NCBI GenBank assembly: GCA_051362555.1
Contig: CM120642.1
Location: forward strand, 12,586,001 to 12,650,000
DNA length: 64,000 nt
Direction of reading: 5' to 3'
DNA from: Lingula anatina
Lineage: Eukaryota; Animalia; Brachiopoda
Position numbers and translations under genes: made by a program. This document shows, in pieces, positions 53,201-64,000 of this stretch (its first letter is position 1; each line of letters starts with the position of its first letter). The notes beneath the pieces were generated by a model. It did no database searches. It had not been told where the DNA came from and worked only from the letters and a program-made list of their open reading frames with translations.

Positions 53201-54112
53201 GTCTATAATGATGCGATGCTGAGGCATATTTTTCTCTTCCAATTTCACATTAAGTTTTCTTCACATGATTCCCCAATGTATCTCAAGGGTTACGTCCTCA
53301 ATTGGACACTGGAGTGTAATATGTGTTTCATAATTTCCTGAACACTGCAGAATCTACGGCATGAAATCAATGTACATGTAATTTAGCAGTGAGCAAGGCC
53401 GGTAATTTAATTTCAGATTTGGGCTACCATTTTTCAAAAGAACTGAATCACTGAAACAAAATGCTAGATCCTACAAGCATTGGCCAACTAGAAATTCAAA
53501 AGCTATTTCTGTAAAAAAAAAAAAAAGAAAGAAAAAAAAGCGAAGGTGCTGACACCTGGAATCGATCCTAGACATTGGCGAATCAGCATTTTATTTCATC
53601 GCCGTAACCTCTGTGGTATGTTACCTGAAATGATACCGTAATGTTAACGAGAGAAATGAAGATTTGACAAATGTTTTGCAGACCAGCGAGTAATGTATTG
53701 AAATTAACGGCACAGGCGACCTTTCAACACCACGCAAACCCAACCAACCCTCGAATGTGATCTTATCCTCAGCTTTGATGATGCTTAAGGCCATGTTTTA
53801 ATAAACCTCCCTTTATTTGAAAGACGACTTCACATATTTATGTCTTTAGTTTTGGAACTTGATCCATGACGTCAAGAGTAGTGAGTAAAGTATTCTTTGG
53901 CATTTTGAAGGTTGACTTTAGGCCTAGGGTAGAAATAGACTTTTTTGGAATGTCGCACGTTTAAACGTTGTGCATGCATGTCATCTCATTTTCAAAGGAG
54001 AGAGTAAAAAGTTTGCAGATGATCCAGTTCAGAATAAGAATATTTCCACCTTTAAGTATGGAGAAGCAGTGATCCTTATTTCTGTACTTCCCTGATAACC
54101 CCCCTCCCCCCC

Positions 54113-54144
<32 letters not shown>

Positions 54145-55194
54145 GGCCCCCATATTCAAGCAATGTTTTAAGGAGCTTCGATTTGCAGAACTCACATGAA
54201 TGTTAGCCTTTGAGCCGGTTTGTAATTGTATGGACTGCCATAATATACACTGCACTGGTTTATTCCAGGAATAACAACAGTCCTGACACTAACTACAATG
54301 TTTATGGAAAACAAGATGGATCTCCCAAAGACCAGTACGTCGACTGCTTTAGACTGGTTTTTCATCATGTGTTTTACCTACATCATTGCCACCATGTTGG
54401 AATTTGCCGCCGTCCATTACTTTACGAAGATTGGCAGTGGAGAGGTGGACGTAACGTGGGCGGAGGATGAAGAGGAGGAAGAAGAGAAATCTTTCAAACA
54501 ACAGAATGAAAGGGTCAAAGTAGAATATCTGTCAGGTGTCAAAAACAGGTTTTCAAAGGTATGTTCCTTTGTCGTCTTCACAGAAAAGATGCATTCAACA
54601 TCTGCAGTATATTAGATGGATAGACTCGGTCATTTAGATAGACAAGGGAATAAATTGTATCAAACCTTAAGAATTAAGGAGAATCTAAAGTTGGAAACCA
54701 TAACTATAGGATAGAAATGTATGGCAATACATTGAAATAATAAAAATGACTTCTGTTTACATAATCTTATGGAAACAAATAATCCGAAACTTTCACATAT
54801 AATTCATTCAGTGCACCGATACGTGTTATCTCCATGTAATTAATTTTGATTGCAGCAAGAATCCCGAGAATCTGGATCCCCTGGCTGCTTCTCTAGCAAA
54901 AAAGCACGTCATAGAAAACACCGCTTCACTCAGCCTCACAGAACGCTAATTCAGCATCGCATTCATAACGTGATGCAAAAGTCAGAGGAACATGGTTGCT
55001 TACTGTGTTTGCGCTGTCTCCGTGGTGACTCTAAGTACCGGAAGTTGCTTACCATGCGCGGTAGCCCGGATGGGATCAACAGTGTGAGCCGTATAGACAA
55101 AGTGTCCAGGATAGTCTTCCCGCTGACTTTCACCATACTGAACGTATTGTATTGGCACACCTGTTCTTCACAAAAGTTTGAGATGCCAATTTGA
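48201..55194 (+). CDS. GABA-A receptor alpha-like subunit, CG8916-like (ADR motif), ~485 aa
   Basis: Exons: 48201-48238 plus 50014-50132 (signal peptide MGHCILKRFTFICIQIFLIPSVLC; first exon less certain; LDNLLQSYDSNLRPGYGG), 50335-50402 ([15 protein letters not shown]), 50911-51134 ([22 protein letters not shown]), 51715-51797 (CPMALQYFPLDYQVC), 52119-52262, 52485-52637 ([13 protein letters not shown]), 54269-54558 (ITTVLTLTT..ALDWF..ATMLEFAAVHYFTKIGSGE), 54856-55194 (GINSVSRIDKVSRIVFP). DRVGLG, TVLTL and EFAxVHYFTKxGSGE resemble insect CG8916 (from recall). Confidence 0.88.
49357..49393. repeat. (AAAG)n microsatellite
   Basis: Directly visible. Confidence 0.9.
50228..50273. repeat. (CT)n microsatellite
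   Basis: Directly visible in intron 2 of the 8916-like gene. Confidence 0.95.
53513..53625 (-). pseudogene. Degenerate tRNA-like element (tRNA pseudogene or tRNA-derived SINE head) followed by an oligo-T run
   Basis: The minus strand reads GGTAACA-TACCACAGAGG (A-box-like)...CTAGGATCGATTCCAGG (B-box-like, GGwTCGAnTCC)-TGTCAGCA, then long T-runs. The acceptor stem pairs only partly (GGTAACA/TGTCAGC) and there is no clean anticodon arm. Confidence 0.35.
54097..54142. repeat. poly(C) tract followed by (CA)n
   Basis: Directly visible in intron 7 of the 8916-like gene. Confidence 0.9.
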
Positions 55195-55875
55195 ACAGAA
55201 GTCCCGTAAACCATACTGGTTAGATAATTCTGTGCAGTCACTGACATTCCCAAAAACGCCATAAAGATATTCAAAATGTATATTGTGTTTTATCATTGAT
55301 ATACTCTTTGGTGCGTTATGTATTCATCTGAAGCTTCAGATATTTTACCTCGCCTGTGATCAAATGGCTATGACCGGGTATATCTTAGTCGCAGTAAAAT
55401 TTCTAAAATTAATAACCATATTATACGATAGTGGAAACATGTTGGTCGGATAATACTTTGGTAGTACTTTGAAGATGTGTCTCAAGGAAGCAAATTGGTC
55501 GACACGCACACCACCAGTAGCAAAATCAGAAAATTCAGGGAAAATGTTAGAACGTAACGGGATTATTGAAGGTTTAATTAATGTCGCCCATTAGATCATT
55601 TATAAATCTGCTTCCTTATAAACTGCTGAGAAATCAATTTATCCATCAGTCATGGCTTTAAGCTGATTTCAGTAACAATGATTTGCGTTGCGTGAGTTCG
55701 TCTCTTGCAAAGTTTCTTACCGAGGACTTCTCTCTGGTCGATCATTAAGTATTAGAGTTCAATAAAGGTATGTAGACCGCCCTCAAATAAGCTAGCATAA
55801 GACTTCATCTTCAGTCGGAGAGAAGAACAAAAAGAAAGGCATATCATTTTGGTAGGGGGTGTGCAAGACAAAGGT

Positions 55876-57066
55876 ATGAGTGTGTCAGCTCTCTCTGTCC
55901 AGGGGGAACCCCAACCATGTTGCAGAGTCCGTGCTGTTGACCACGTCGATGTGCCAACAGAAACGAAGAGAGGGACATTTCTGGCTTCTCAGGAAGTCCA
56001 AGCAATATGCAAGAAACCTAACGGTTGTAGCAGTTCAATAACTGGGAAAATATTGCCCGCAGAGCACCAGCAGCCTACTTCCACAACCGCTTCTTCAAAT
56101 GAACCTTCAGAGAACCAAGGTCAAACGAAGGGAAAGAACGCCAAGACTGAGAAGCCAAAGCGCAAACCGCTGGAAGTAAAAACAACAGCACGAAATGAAG
56201 CCAAGAGAAGCGCCGAAAGGGAAAAGCTGAAATACAAATCAAAGTTTGCTTACGAAAGAGAAATTCTACGAGAAATGGAGCTAGAGGCCGAAAAGGAAAA
56301 GAAGATTAATGCTCCCAAATCAAATATGCCAAAACGCGGCAAGTATGCCACTTCTATGAATTATGGCCGATTTGTTCGAATTGGGACGAATGTACATACT
56401 ATTGTTGGGGTAACCATGAAATGGAAGAGTGTTAAGAGTAAGAAACCAAAACTTAAAAAGGAAGAAAGCCAAGAGATCTTGTTAGAACTGCCAAGTACAA
56501 CAAGGTTTTCTTCAACGCTGTCTCCCACCGCCCAGTACGCTATGTTAAAAGGTTATGAGGATATCCTAGTTGAAAGATTGGCAAAGCTGAATACGAGCCA
56601 AAACGAAGACACCACATCATATCTCAGACAAGAGACTCCTATTCTGCCGGATGAAAAGGAAATGCAGTTTACACTAGACCCTGAAACCCTAAACTCTGAC
56701 GATTCTGATTCGGAAATGGAAGATGATGTTTTTGCATTGCCAGACCTTGATGAAACGAGCGACATTCCAAATGACGCGGATGGGATAGACCCGAAAGGAA
56801 GCAATCCTCTTGGACAGACCTTAAACCACGGAAAATTGATTCATTCTAGAAAACGGCACCGTCTTCTTTTAACTCATCGCTTTGAGAGAGCGATGGATAT
56901 TTTGGACAACATCAGATATCTTAACGGACAGGTGGTAACTTCCACGCGATTCCAAGAAAAGCAAATCGATGATCTGCCAAAAACATTCCAAGCCTGGACT
57001 AAAGCATGGCGCCGTGATTTCAAAACTGCCATTTCGTGTTACTATCAACATCTCTATCAGGAGTGA
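55876..57066 (+). CDS. Uncharacterised intronless protein (~396 aa from the first ATG): basic/low-complexity N-terminal half and helical C-terminal blocks
   Basis: A 1.2-kb uninterrupted ORF in AT-rich DNA, far longer than background ORFs. First ATG at 55876; AATAAA at ~57416 and 57611. Ordered-looking blocks: LPSTTRFSSTLSPTAQYAMLKGYEDILVERL, LLTHRFERAMDILDNIR, FQAWTKAWRRDFK. No TE motifs recognised. Confidence 0.7.
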   Translation: MSVSALSVQGEPQPCCRVRAVDHVDVPTETKRGTFLASQEVQAICKKPNGCSSSITGKILPAEHQQPTSTTASSNEPSENQGQTKGKNAKTEKPKRKPLEVKTTARNEAKRSAEREKLKYKSKFAYEREILREMELEAEKEKKINAPKSNMPKRGKYATSMNYGRFVRIGTNVHTIVGVTMKWKSVKSKKPKLKKEESQEILLELPSTTRFSSTLSPTAQYAMLKGYEDILVERLAKLNTSQNEDTTSYLRQETPILPDEKEMQFTLDPETLNSDDSDSEMEDDVFALPDLDETSDIPNDADGIDPKGSNPLGQTLNHGKLIHSRKRHRLLLTHRFERAMDILDNIRYLNGQVVTSTRFQEKQIDDLPKTFQAWTKAWRRDFKTAISCYYQHLYQE

Positions 57067-57919
57067 TGTTTTAAAATAGGTAGAATACCAAGGAAGATAT
57101 ATGTTGACATACCAGACGCTCATTTGTTTCTGAACCTTTAACGATCACATTCATGTTTTGGTTGAACATGTTAAAAAGACTGTAAAAATACAACATAGTA
57201 ATCAATTTAAACTCAAACATAAGTTGAATTGTAATAAGAGGCAATGCACACTTTATTTAAGTAGAAATGGAGGATAAAATAGTGTTCAAAAGAAAAAAAA
57301 AACAACCGTGATGTATTTTAATGATATATTTTAATTTGTAACAGTCGACTTGTATACGAACATAAATGCCATGTTAAGTGATATTTCATCTACCTCAAGA
57401 TTCAATTGTATTTATAATAAAAATAAGTAATAAAAGTTAATAACATATACCATTGATCGATCCATGGTTAAATTGCCATCTGACATGATTACTTTGTCAC
57501 AATATTTTCTCTTCTCGGTATATTTCTTATAAATACAAAATGAAAATTGGCAATCATTTTGTATTCAAGCTTTGCAGCAACATGTGACGGCATAGTAAAA
57601 TATGCCACCCAATAAATATATTTACAAATACAAAAATTCTGAGTATTGGGTCATTTCAATTAAAATGCTGTAACACCCTTTTTAATGGGACACTTCTAAA
57701 AGGTACCCCCTGTATGTTAATCATGATCTATTTAGAATATTCTATCATTATGCATTATGAGATCCATTACTAGGAGGTGTATTAAACACGAACATCGCCC
57801 TAATATGCCACTTTCTCATAGTAAAAGTTATTTATTTAACATTACATGTGTGCACACCACTTCTTCACACTTTTTTTTTGCATTTTGCTTCATATATTTT
57901 ACCGCGACTTCACTTGACA

Positions 57920-60900
57920 TTAAGTTTCGGGCATTTCATCCTGATCCCGTGTATAAGTAAACCAATAAAACACGTTGATTACAAGAAAAGCAACTGGAAA
58001 CAAACATCGGCAGATCTGATCGATCCTGCTTGCGCTATTAACCCCGGGGGCAGTGGCCTGCGTGCTTATCTGCGTGAATTTCTTGTAAGCACCACTGCCC
58101 TTAAGGCAGTACATTAAATATGTCCAACAGGATTTTCTCTTTTTGTCCCCTTCATTTTTATTCTCTTCGACATCGATGCCCTCGGAGAAATGAACGCCAT
58201 TTGTCTTACTGTTTTCCACATCTCCGTTGCTGCAGCGTTCTTCTGTAATTGTCTCCGGCAGTTGGCGGCGTCCAACGGTGTAACAAACGGTAGAACGCTG
58301 AAGGGGAAATAACGACACTTACTTTAAAGTCTTAAAATATGTAGGATATACACAAACTGTGTTTCAATGTAAATATATAAAAGAATGGCAAATTATCGAT
58401 CTTACAAACACTCAAACACTTTTCTATACTAAAATATTTTTCTATACCTCTCGACCTCGTAGTTATGCCGTATATGCTTCGGCGATTTTTTGAATTAGGT
58501 ACAAAATCACCCACAATAGCCAAACATCATTCTAATAGCATGCATCAACTCTCTCTGTTTAAAAATCAAACAAACAAGCAAACAAAAAATCACCTTATCT
58601 CCTCGCCTCTTAAGCAACGGCGTCTCCTGTTGGCTTTCTGGTTCAAGTTCGTCGTCGGAGTCTGGTGCCACGTTCATCACCTCCCCTGTCCCGTGCTTGG
58701 TGAAAAAATGGACGGTGGCGAACTGAATGATGGTGGCCAAGACGAACGAAAAGCACATCCCAATAAACCAGTCCAATGCCGTGGAATAGGAGACGCGTGG
58801 CAGATCAGTACGGGTGTCAATACTGAGGAACGCCATTGTCAGAACAGTGGTGACACCTAGAACCAATATAACAACGGGATATTATTAACGTCAACAACTT
58901 TAAATTACGACTTCTATCACTGTTTGTTAATTCTTGTTCGAAAATTTACTACTTGCACTATGCTGTCTCGTGTTTATTTGCATAGTCTAGAAAATAGGGG
59001 GTTTGCGATTCCTGAATCGGAATATAGCAATTGTTAACGAAATATCAAGCATAAATATAAAGTCATCTGACATTATTATTTTGAATGAGCGAAGAAACCA
59101 TAAGATAAACAATGCATACTAAAATAAGAAAACAGCTTGCATTCTGTGCTTCCCATTGCCATTTTTGTAAGTTTGAAAATAAAAATACGATTACGCTCAA
59201 CAATATGGCTATACAGTATAACACCAGCATGTTTTTGGAAGTTATTTTTCAAATGGTTGGTTTTAACCGAACCTCCCTTGATACATATTGAAATTTATGT
59301 TTTACCTAAAGCAATCCTGTCTGCCGTCGCCTCTCTGTTGATCCAGAAGCCGACCCAGGAAATAATGACCAACATCATCACCGGGATGTAGACATTGATC
59401 AGGAAGTAACCCATGTGACGGCGCAGTTCAAAGTTCACTACCAGGAAGCTAAAATTACCTGTCGGACAATAATGAGATTTGCAGATTATATATAATTTCA
59501 CCATCGTGAGTATGATAATTTGCACAATCTAATCAAGTGTTCTTTAAAGAAATGAAAGGTAATTATTACTTTATTTCTTACGAGACCCACAAAAATTATC
59601 AGAAGTCTTATTGTGAGTGGTTTCTGTGAAGAAATTTGGAATGATGCCGTCCATGTTACGTATGGGAGTGCTGTGCGTAATAGTCTATAATACCTCTATT
59701 TGGAAACTGTTCGGTTATGGAATATGACGGAGTAGCAACCAGTTGAAACTGTGACATTTGGAGGTCGGCTTCCCTGCCCACTGCGTCCCCCATCCAGAAA
59801 TATTCCACATCACTGTCAGAATAACCGTCTAGACATTGGGATAAGAAAAGAGACATTTTATGCTTCAATTAATACAAAGCAATGTGGATCTTAAGGGGAA
59901 TGTTGCGCGTTTACAACGTGAGGGGATGCGTTAAATGTTTGATGTTGTAAAGTCCAAAAATAAATAAAAAGAATCAGATATCTGTACGCACTGTACGCAC
60001 ACCATGGTACCATCACGTCAAACAAATATTCAAAAGTTGAATGAGATTTCGACTCCTAAATCAGTTACATTTATTCATAAATTGAACCCCGTTTCATTAT
60101 GTAACACAATTTAGCCTTGATCTTAACAGTTTCATCTCATCTCTGAACGTCCATCATGAGGGCTGCCTCGATATATTAGCGTTGTTTACACACTGTATCC
60201 AGGCAGGAGGTCTTTGTTTTGCCGGCTACCGAATACCTTCTGTGCCTTGTTATACTTTGTCCTATGGACTCCTCTTACCATGTACTGTTACAGAACACGC
60301 TATTTAGCCTGATTGAATACGTCTGGTTTACCCCGTATAACCCGATGGTCAAATATCAGGATTGACAGCATAGCACACATGGGCACTTGTTCTTTCAGAT
60401 ACAGTTTGGATATAGCTAGATTTTTTTGTTCATGTTCAGATGCAAAAAGCCGCTTTAATGTACACTTCTAGGTATGATATTACTGATTACATTATTAATT
60501 CTACCCGCTGTTATGTTTCTAAATAGAAGAAGAAAACATTATTATATACATGATACGAATATCATTGATTCCCTTATCCCCCTAATTCATTCCCCTATTT
60601 CTTCCCGAAAGGGCAAAGACACGTTGTGGTACACGAAGGCAAGTTCCCAGTCCTGCAATATACTACCAATTTAACATTCGTTTTGTTTGTATGTTCAGTT
60701 GTACACTTTGATGAACATTCCCCTCGATGGCAAAGCCGTTTAATATATTTAAAGTCGTGTCATTAGCAGTAAGAGGGCAATCCATAGATTGGCTTTACCA
60801 AACTTTGGACAGAAAATATACTTACAACTGCCCACTTTCAGCGGACATATCTGTTTGTCCATAGGGTATTTTTGTAACTGCATCGGACAGCTGGCCTTAA

Positions 60901-63163
60901 TGGTCAGCCTGAAATTACATAGAGATAAAATGACCAATGGCCAGTCGTCGTTTTATTTCTCAATAACTTGGAATCAAAAAGAAATCACCAGAGGGGGGTA
61001 TTACCATGTGTTATTCTATGACCGGTAACATTTACCAAACCACCGTGGAGGAAAAATATCTTGGGCTGGTTCAGGCTGAAATGGCACATGTGCATTTTGT
61101 ACTAAGAGAACATATGTTTGTCTGGAAGCAGTACACGGAAAACCAGAGTACCAAATCGAATCGGTCACTGGCCATTCTGGGAGGTAAATCGAAAGAAAAC
61201 AGGAACGCTCATGAAATATTTTATGGGACACATGTACGCAGTTCAGTTTGAGTAAGTGAGTGAGTGAGTGCTCCGAATTTCATCTATTCCATAGCAACAG
61301 CAATATATATAATGATGAAAATCTAAAAAAGCACATATAAGTATATCTATATAGCCATAAGAATAAAACAAAAGTACCGTTGTCCAATCACAATATGATA
61401 ATGTCACACTCTAAAATAAAACATTTACAGGACAGCATCAGATATATAGGCCTACCATCGCCAAGAAAAAAAAAAGAAAAACATACGAAGTGGCGGATAG
61501 GGTGGCAGGTGTACGAATGAGGGCGTAGACAGACAGACGGAATATTGTGACGGATAAACATATATGACGTACAGACAGGCAGACGGACAAGCAAAAGGAC
61601 CGACGAACCAAAGGCAGAGAGACAGACAGGCCAGGCGAACAAACGGACAGACATACATACAGACAAGCAGACAAGCAGATGGGCAACAAAAACTAACCTC
61701 ATGGAATAATAAATAGAACCGTCCCTGCTTATCCTCAGGAACTTATTGGGTGTTGTTATGGTGTGAAGATAGGAGGCTTTGCCGTTGTAGAAGTAGGTGT
61801 CAGGTCTCCATATCTTGTCCAGCATAATGTTGTTGATGGTCAGTGTATTGAGGGATTTGGGTCCGTCAAACCCCAGTCGCTTGTCCACCCATCTTTGGCG
61901 GAAGTAACAGTCCATGCTGTATACCTGAAAATTCGCCATATTTGAGAGTACTTCATGCCACATACACTGTAAGTGGAAAAAGGATTGGGGGGGGGGGGGG
62001 GGTTCAAAACAAAATTATGTATTTATCAAGAATCTTTTTCTAAAATACCAAAACAGGACAAAGAGGTACGCAAAAGCGTTTACTTGACTCTCTTTTAGAA
62101 AAAAAAACATTTCTGGAGAGGGGAAGGGGTTTGATTAAAAAAAATCTTTCCCCAGATTTGGAAACCTGTACAATTACAGACATATAGGAAAAGATTACTC
62201 CTTTGCTCTGCAATCAAAATTATTTCTTTTACATCGTTAGCACCTTAACACTTAAACATTTCCTTGTAGATGTGTTTTGCCACCTTATTTTCTCTTCAAA
62301 ATTACTACAGATGCATCATACACACTCACCCACAAAGTCTATCAACACTTCGGTAATTGTCATATTCCCTTTACATCTCCAACCCAATCGTTTGTAGAGC
62401 CAAAGGCGAAAAAGTCATTATTATCAAGATTTATGTGTTTTGTAATTTTTGTTGGGAGTTTACGACAAATAAAAATGTACACTATGCTGTGAAATTGCCT
62501 TTTGCTCGTGCGCTGAGACAGACATGCGTTACGTGTATCACAAGATCCCATCACTTCAGGTTGATTTTCACAGGATAAAAAAGTTCATCGGCTGATTTTG
62601 TCTTAATAAGGCCGTGATTCGCGCCACATGGCAGCCAATTTAAAATAGCCCGGTATCGATTCTTGGTGTGAAATCACGGGGAAAATCAGGAAACGTTAAA
62701 GACGATCCTCCGCAAACAGACATCGATATCAGGAACTACGCTGAAGGTATTCATCAACGTGTTATTTTCGATTTCCATAATTAAGGTATTCGATTCAAAT
62801 CTTTTTCGCACTGTTGTCAGCTTACATTACACACCTAAATGGATTTTTCAAGGAAATAAAACAGTGCCTGCGGGTCTATCGCTGTCTGTCTATAGTCAGG
62901 GGTAAGCGCATTAAAAGGTGGGGTTATTGAAGAAACATGACTGTTTTAGACAGCGCCCGCTATCATTTTACACAGTTCCCGAGAAGAAGAACAGCCTTAT
63001 TAAGATTTAAAACATTCATTTGCCTACTAAATATTGGTTCAATATAACCGCCGTGAAAAAAAAAAGAAATGACAATGCATGTATGCTGTACTCACCATGT
63101 CTTTTTCTGATATCGGCCCCATGCTTCGGACGAAGATGTTGATGTTCACAGTGAGAGGGGGTC
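57920..63163 (-). CDS. Grd: GABA-A receptor alpha-like subunit, GRD-like (ADR motif, F13'); partial, first two exons beyond the window end
   Basis: Exons: 63096-63163 ([22 protein letters not shown]), 61698-61924 ([25 protein letters not shown]), 60826-60908 ([15 protein letters not shown]), 59694-59828, 59306-59458 ([26 protein letters not shown]), 58594-58856 ([49 protein letters not shown]), 57920-58297 ([17 protein letters not shown]). ATADR, Phe at 13', RTDLP and the M3 QFA are GRD hallmarks (from recall); orthology needs a tree. Confidence 0.85.
61527..61682. repeat. Degenerate (GACA/AGAC)n tetranucleotide repeat
   Basis: Visible AGAC/GGAC/AAGC variants just downstream of the GRD-like exon donor at 61697 (minus strand); it explains the spurious extension of ORF 61388-61963. 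Confidence 0.75.
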
Positions 63164-64000
63164 CTGGAAGGCAAATAAATGTGTATGGGTCATCTTCTGG
63201 GTTCAAAATATTTATACATAACAAGCGTTTAAAGGGATAATAACTCTTCGTATGAGATCTATATTTCACAATAAAAACATTGTGAACAACTCATAGAAAT
63301 ATAGTATATAGGCCTACTGTTGTACAAGAAAAAGGGCAGTTATAGCTATTATTCTGATATCTGAGCTTGTCTTTAGACCACGTGATCTCCATTGATGGCT
63401 ATACTCTTAAGGGATTATAACAAAAAACCAGGGACTAACTTTGAATGTAAAAATAGATTCATTAACCATTGATAAGTACGGAAAATTGTTGTTTACTCCA
63501 GGAAAATTGGCCAAAAAGAAGAGTTATTATCCCTTTAATTCTAATGGGTCAGTAAAGGGCTAATTTGCTGATGAATGCTATATAACGTGTCGGCCACGTG
63601 TAACATATCGCATCGCCCATTTTTTTCGTCAAATTGACAAAGTGATTCGACAGATGAAAAGGTTTTATTTCATAGAAGTTGTAATGAAGATCGGTGGTGT
63701 GGCGAGTATTTGACCTTTATTCTCTGTATGTGTGATCTTTGTGTCGATACGTTAATTTTCAAACCACAGGGCACCGTATTCAAAGTATTTATCCCCGCAT
63801 GTTTTGAGGTCTGCAGTAATTAAAAGATTGCAACGCCCCGCGGAGATAAAAAACCTGAAGTTCGGGGGGAAAAAGCAACCCGCACCTATAAAAATTATCG
63901 ACCAAATGAAAAGCTGACCGATCCCATTATCTTATATGTTATTTGCTGGCTGCTGAAGTTACCTTCAATTTGCGTTTTATTGATATAGGAATTACGATCC

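Noticed and set aside
61388-61697. Hydrophobic C-terminal extension of ORF 61388-61963
   Set aside because: Intron read-through over a degenerate GACA repeat after the donor at 61697.
1-64000. Prokaryotic-type systems (CRISPR, operons) and the many 60-120 aa ORFs in the track
   Set aside because: The DNA is spliceosomal-intron-rich eukaryotic sequence with no repeat-spacer arrays. The remaining short ORFs are antisense shadows of exons, microsatellite translations or chance.

Overview
AT-rich, intron-rich animal genomic DNA, most likely a lophotrochozoan such as a mollusc (inferred from gene content, not proven). I reconstructed spliced models by hand from GT-AG sites and reading-frame continuity. 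In order: (1) the 3' end of a WD40-repeat gene (+, ends 2449); (2) a complete 19-exon, ~797-aa cyclic-nucleotide-binding-domain (CNBD2-like) gene (-, 3303-11149); (3) a cluster of four Cys-loop GABA-A-type receptor subunit genes; (4) an intronless ~396-aa gene of unknown function (+, 55876-57066) inside that cluster. The cluster holds an LCCH3/beta subunit (-, 16062-32318) head-to-head with an unusual PAR-motif alpha-like subunit (+, 36444-46355), a CG8916-like subunit (+, 48201-55194) and a GRD-like subunit (-, 57920 to beyond 63163, 5' end outside the window). The main observation is that one beta subunit sits beside partners predicted to have opposite ion selectivity: one PAR (anion-type) and two ADR (cation-type). 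This suggests a beta-alpha-alpha-alpha cluster that could build both inhibitory and excitatory GABA receptors. The PAR subunit also has a highly atypical pore (Q2', T4', C12'), and the 8916-like subunit has Asp in place of the loop-B aromatic. No CRISPR arrays, rRNA or intact transposase/RT ORFs were seen.
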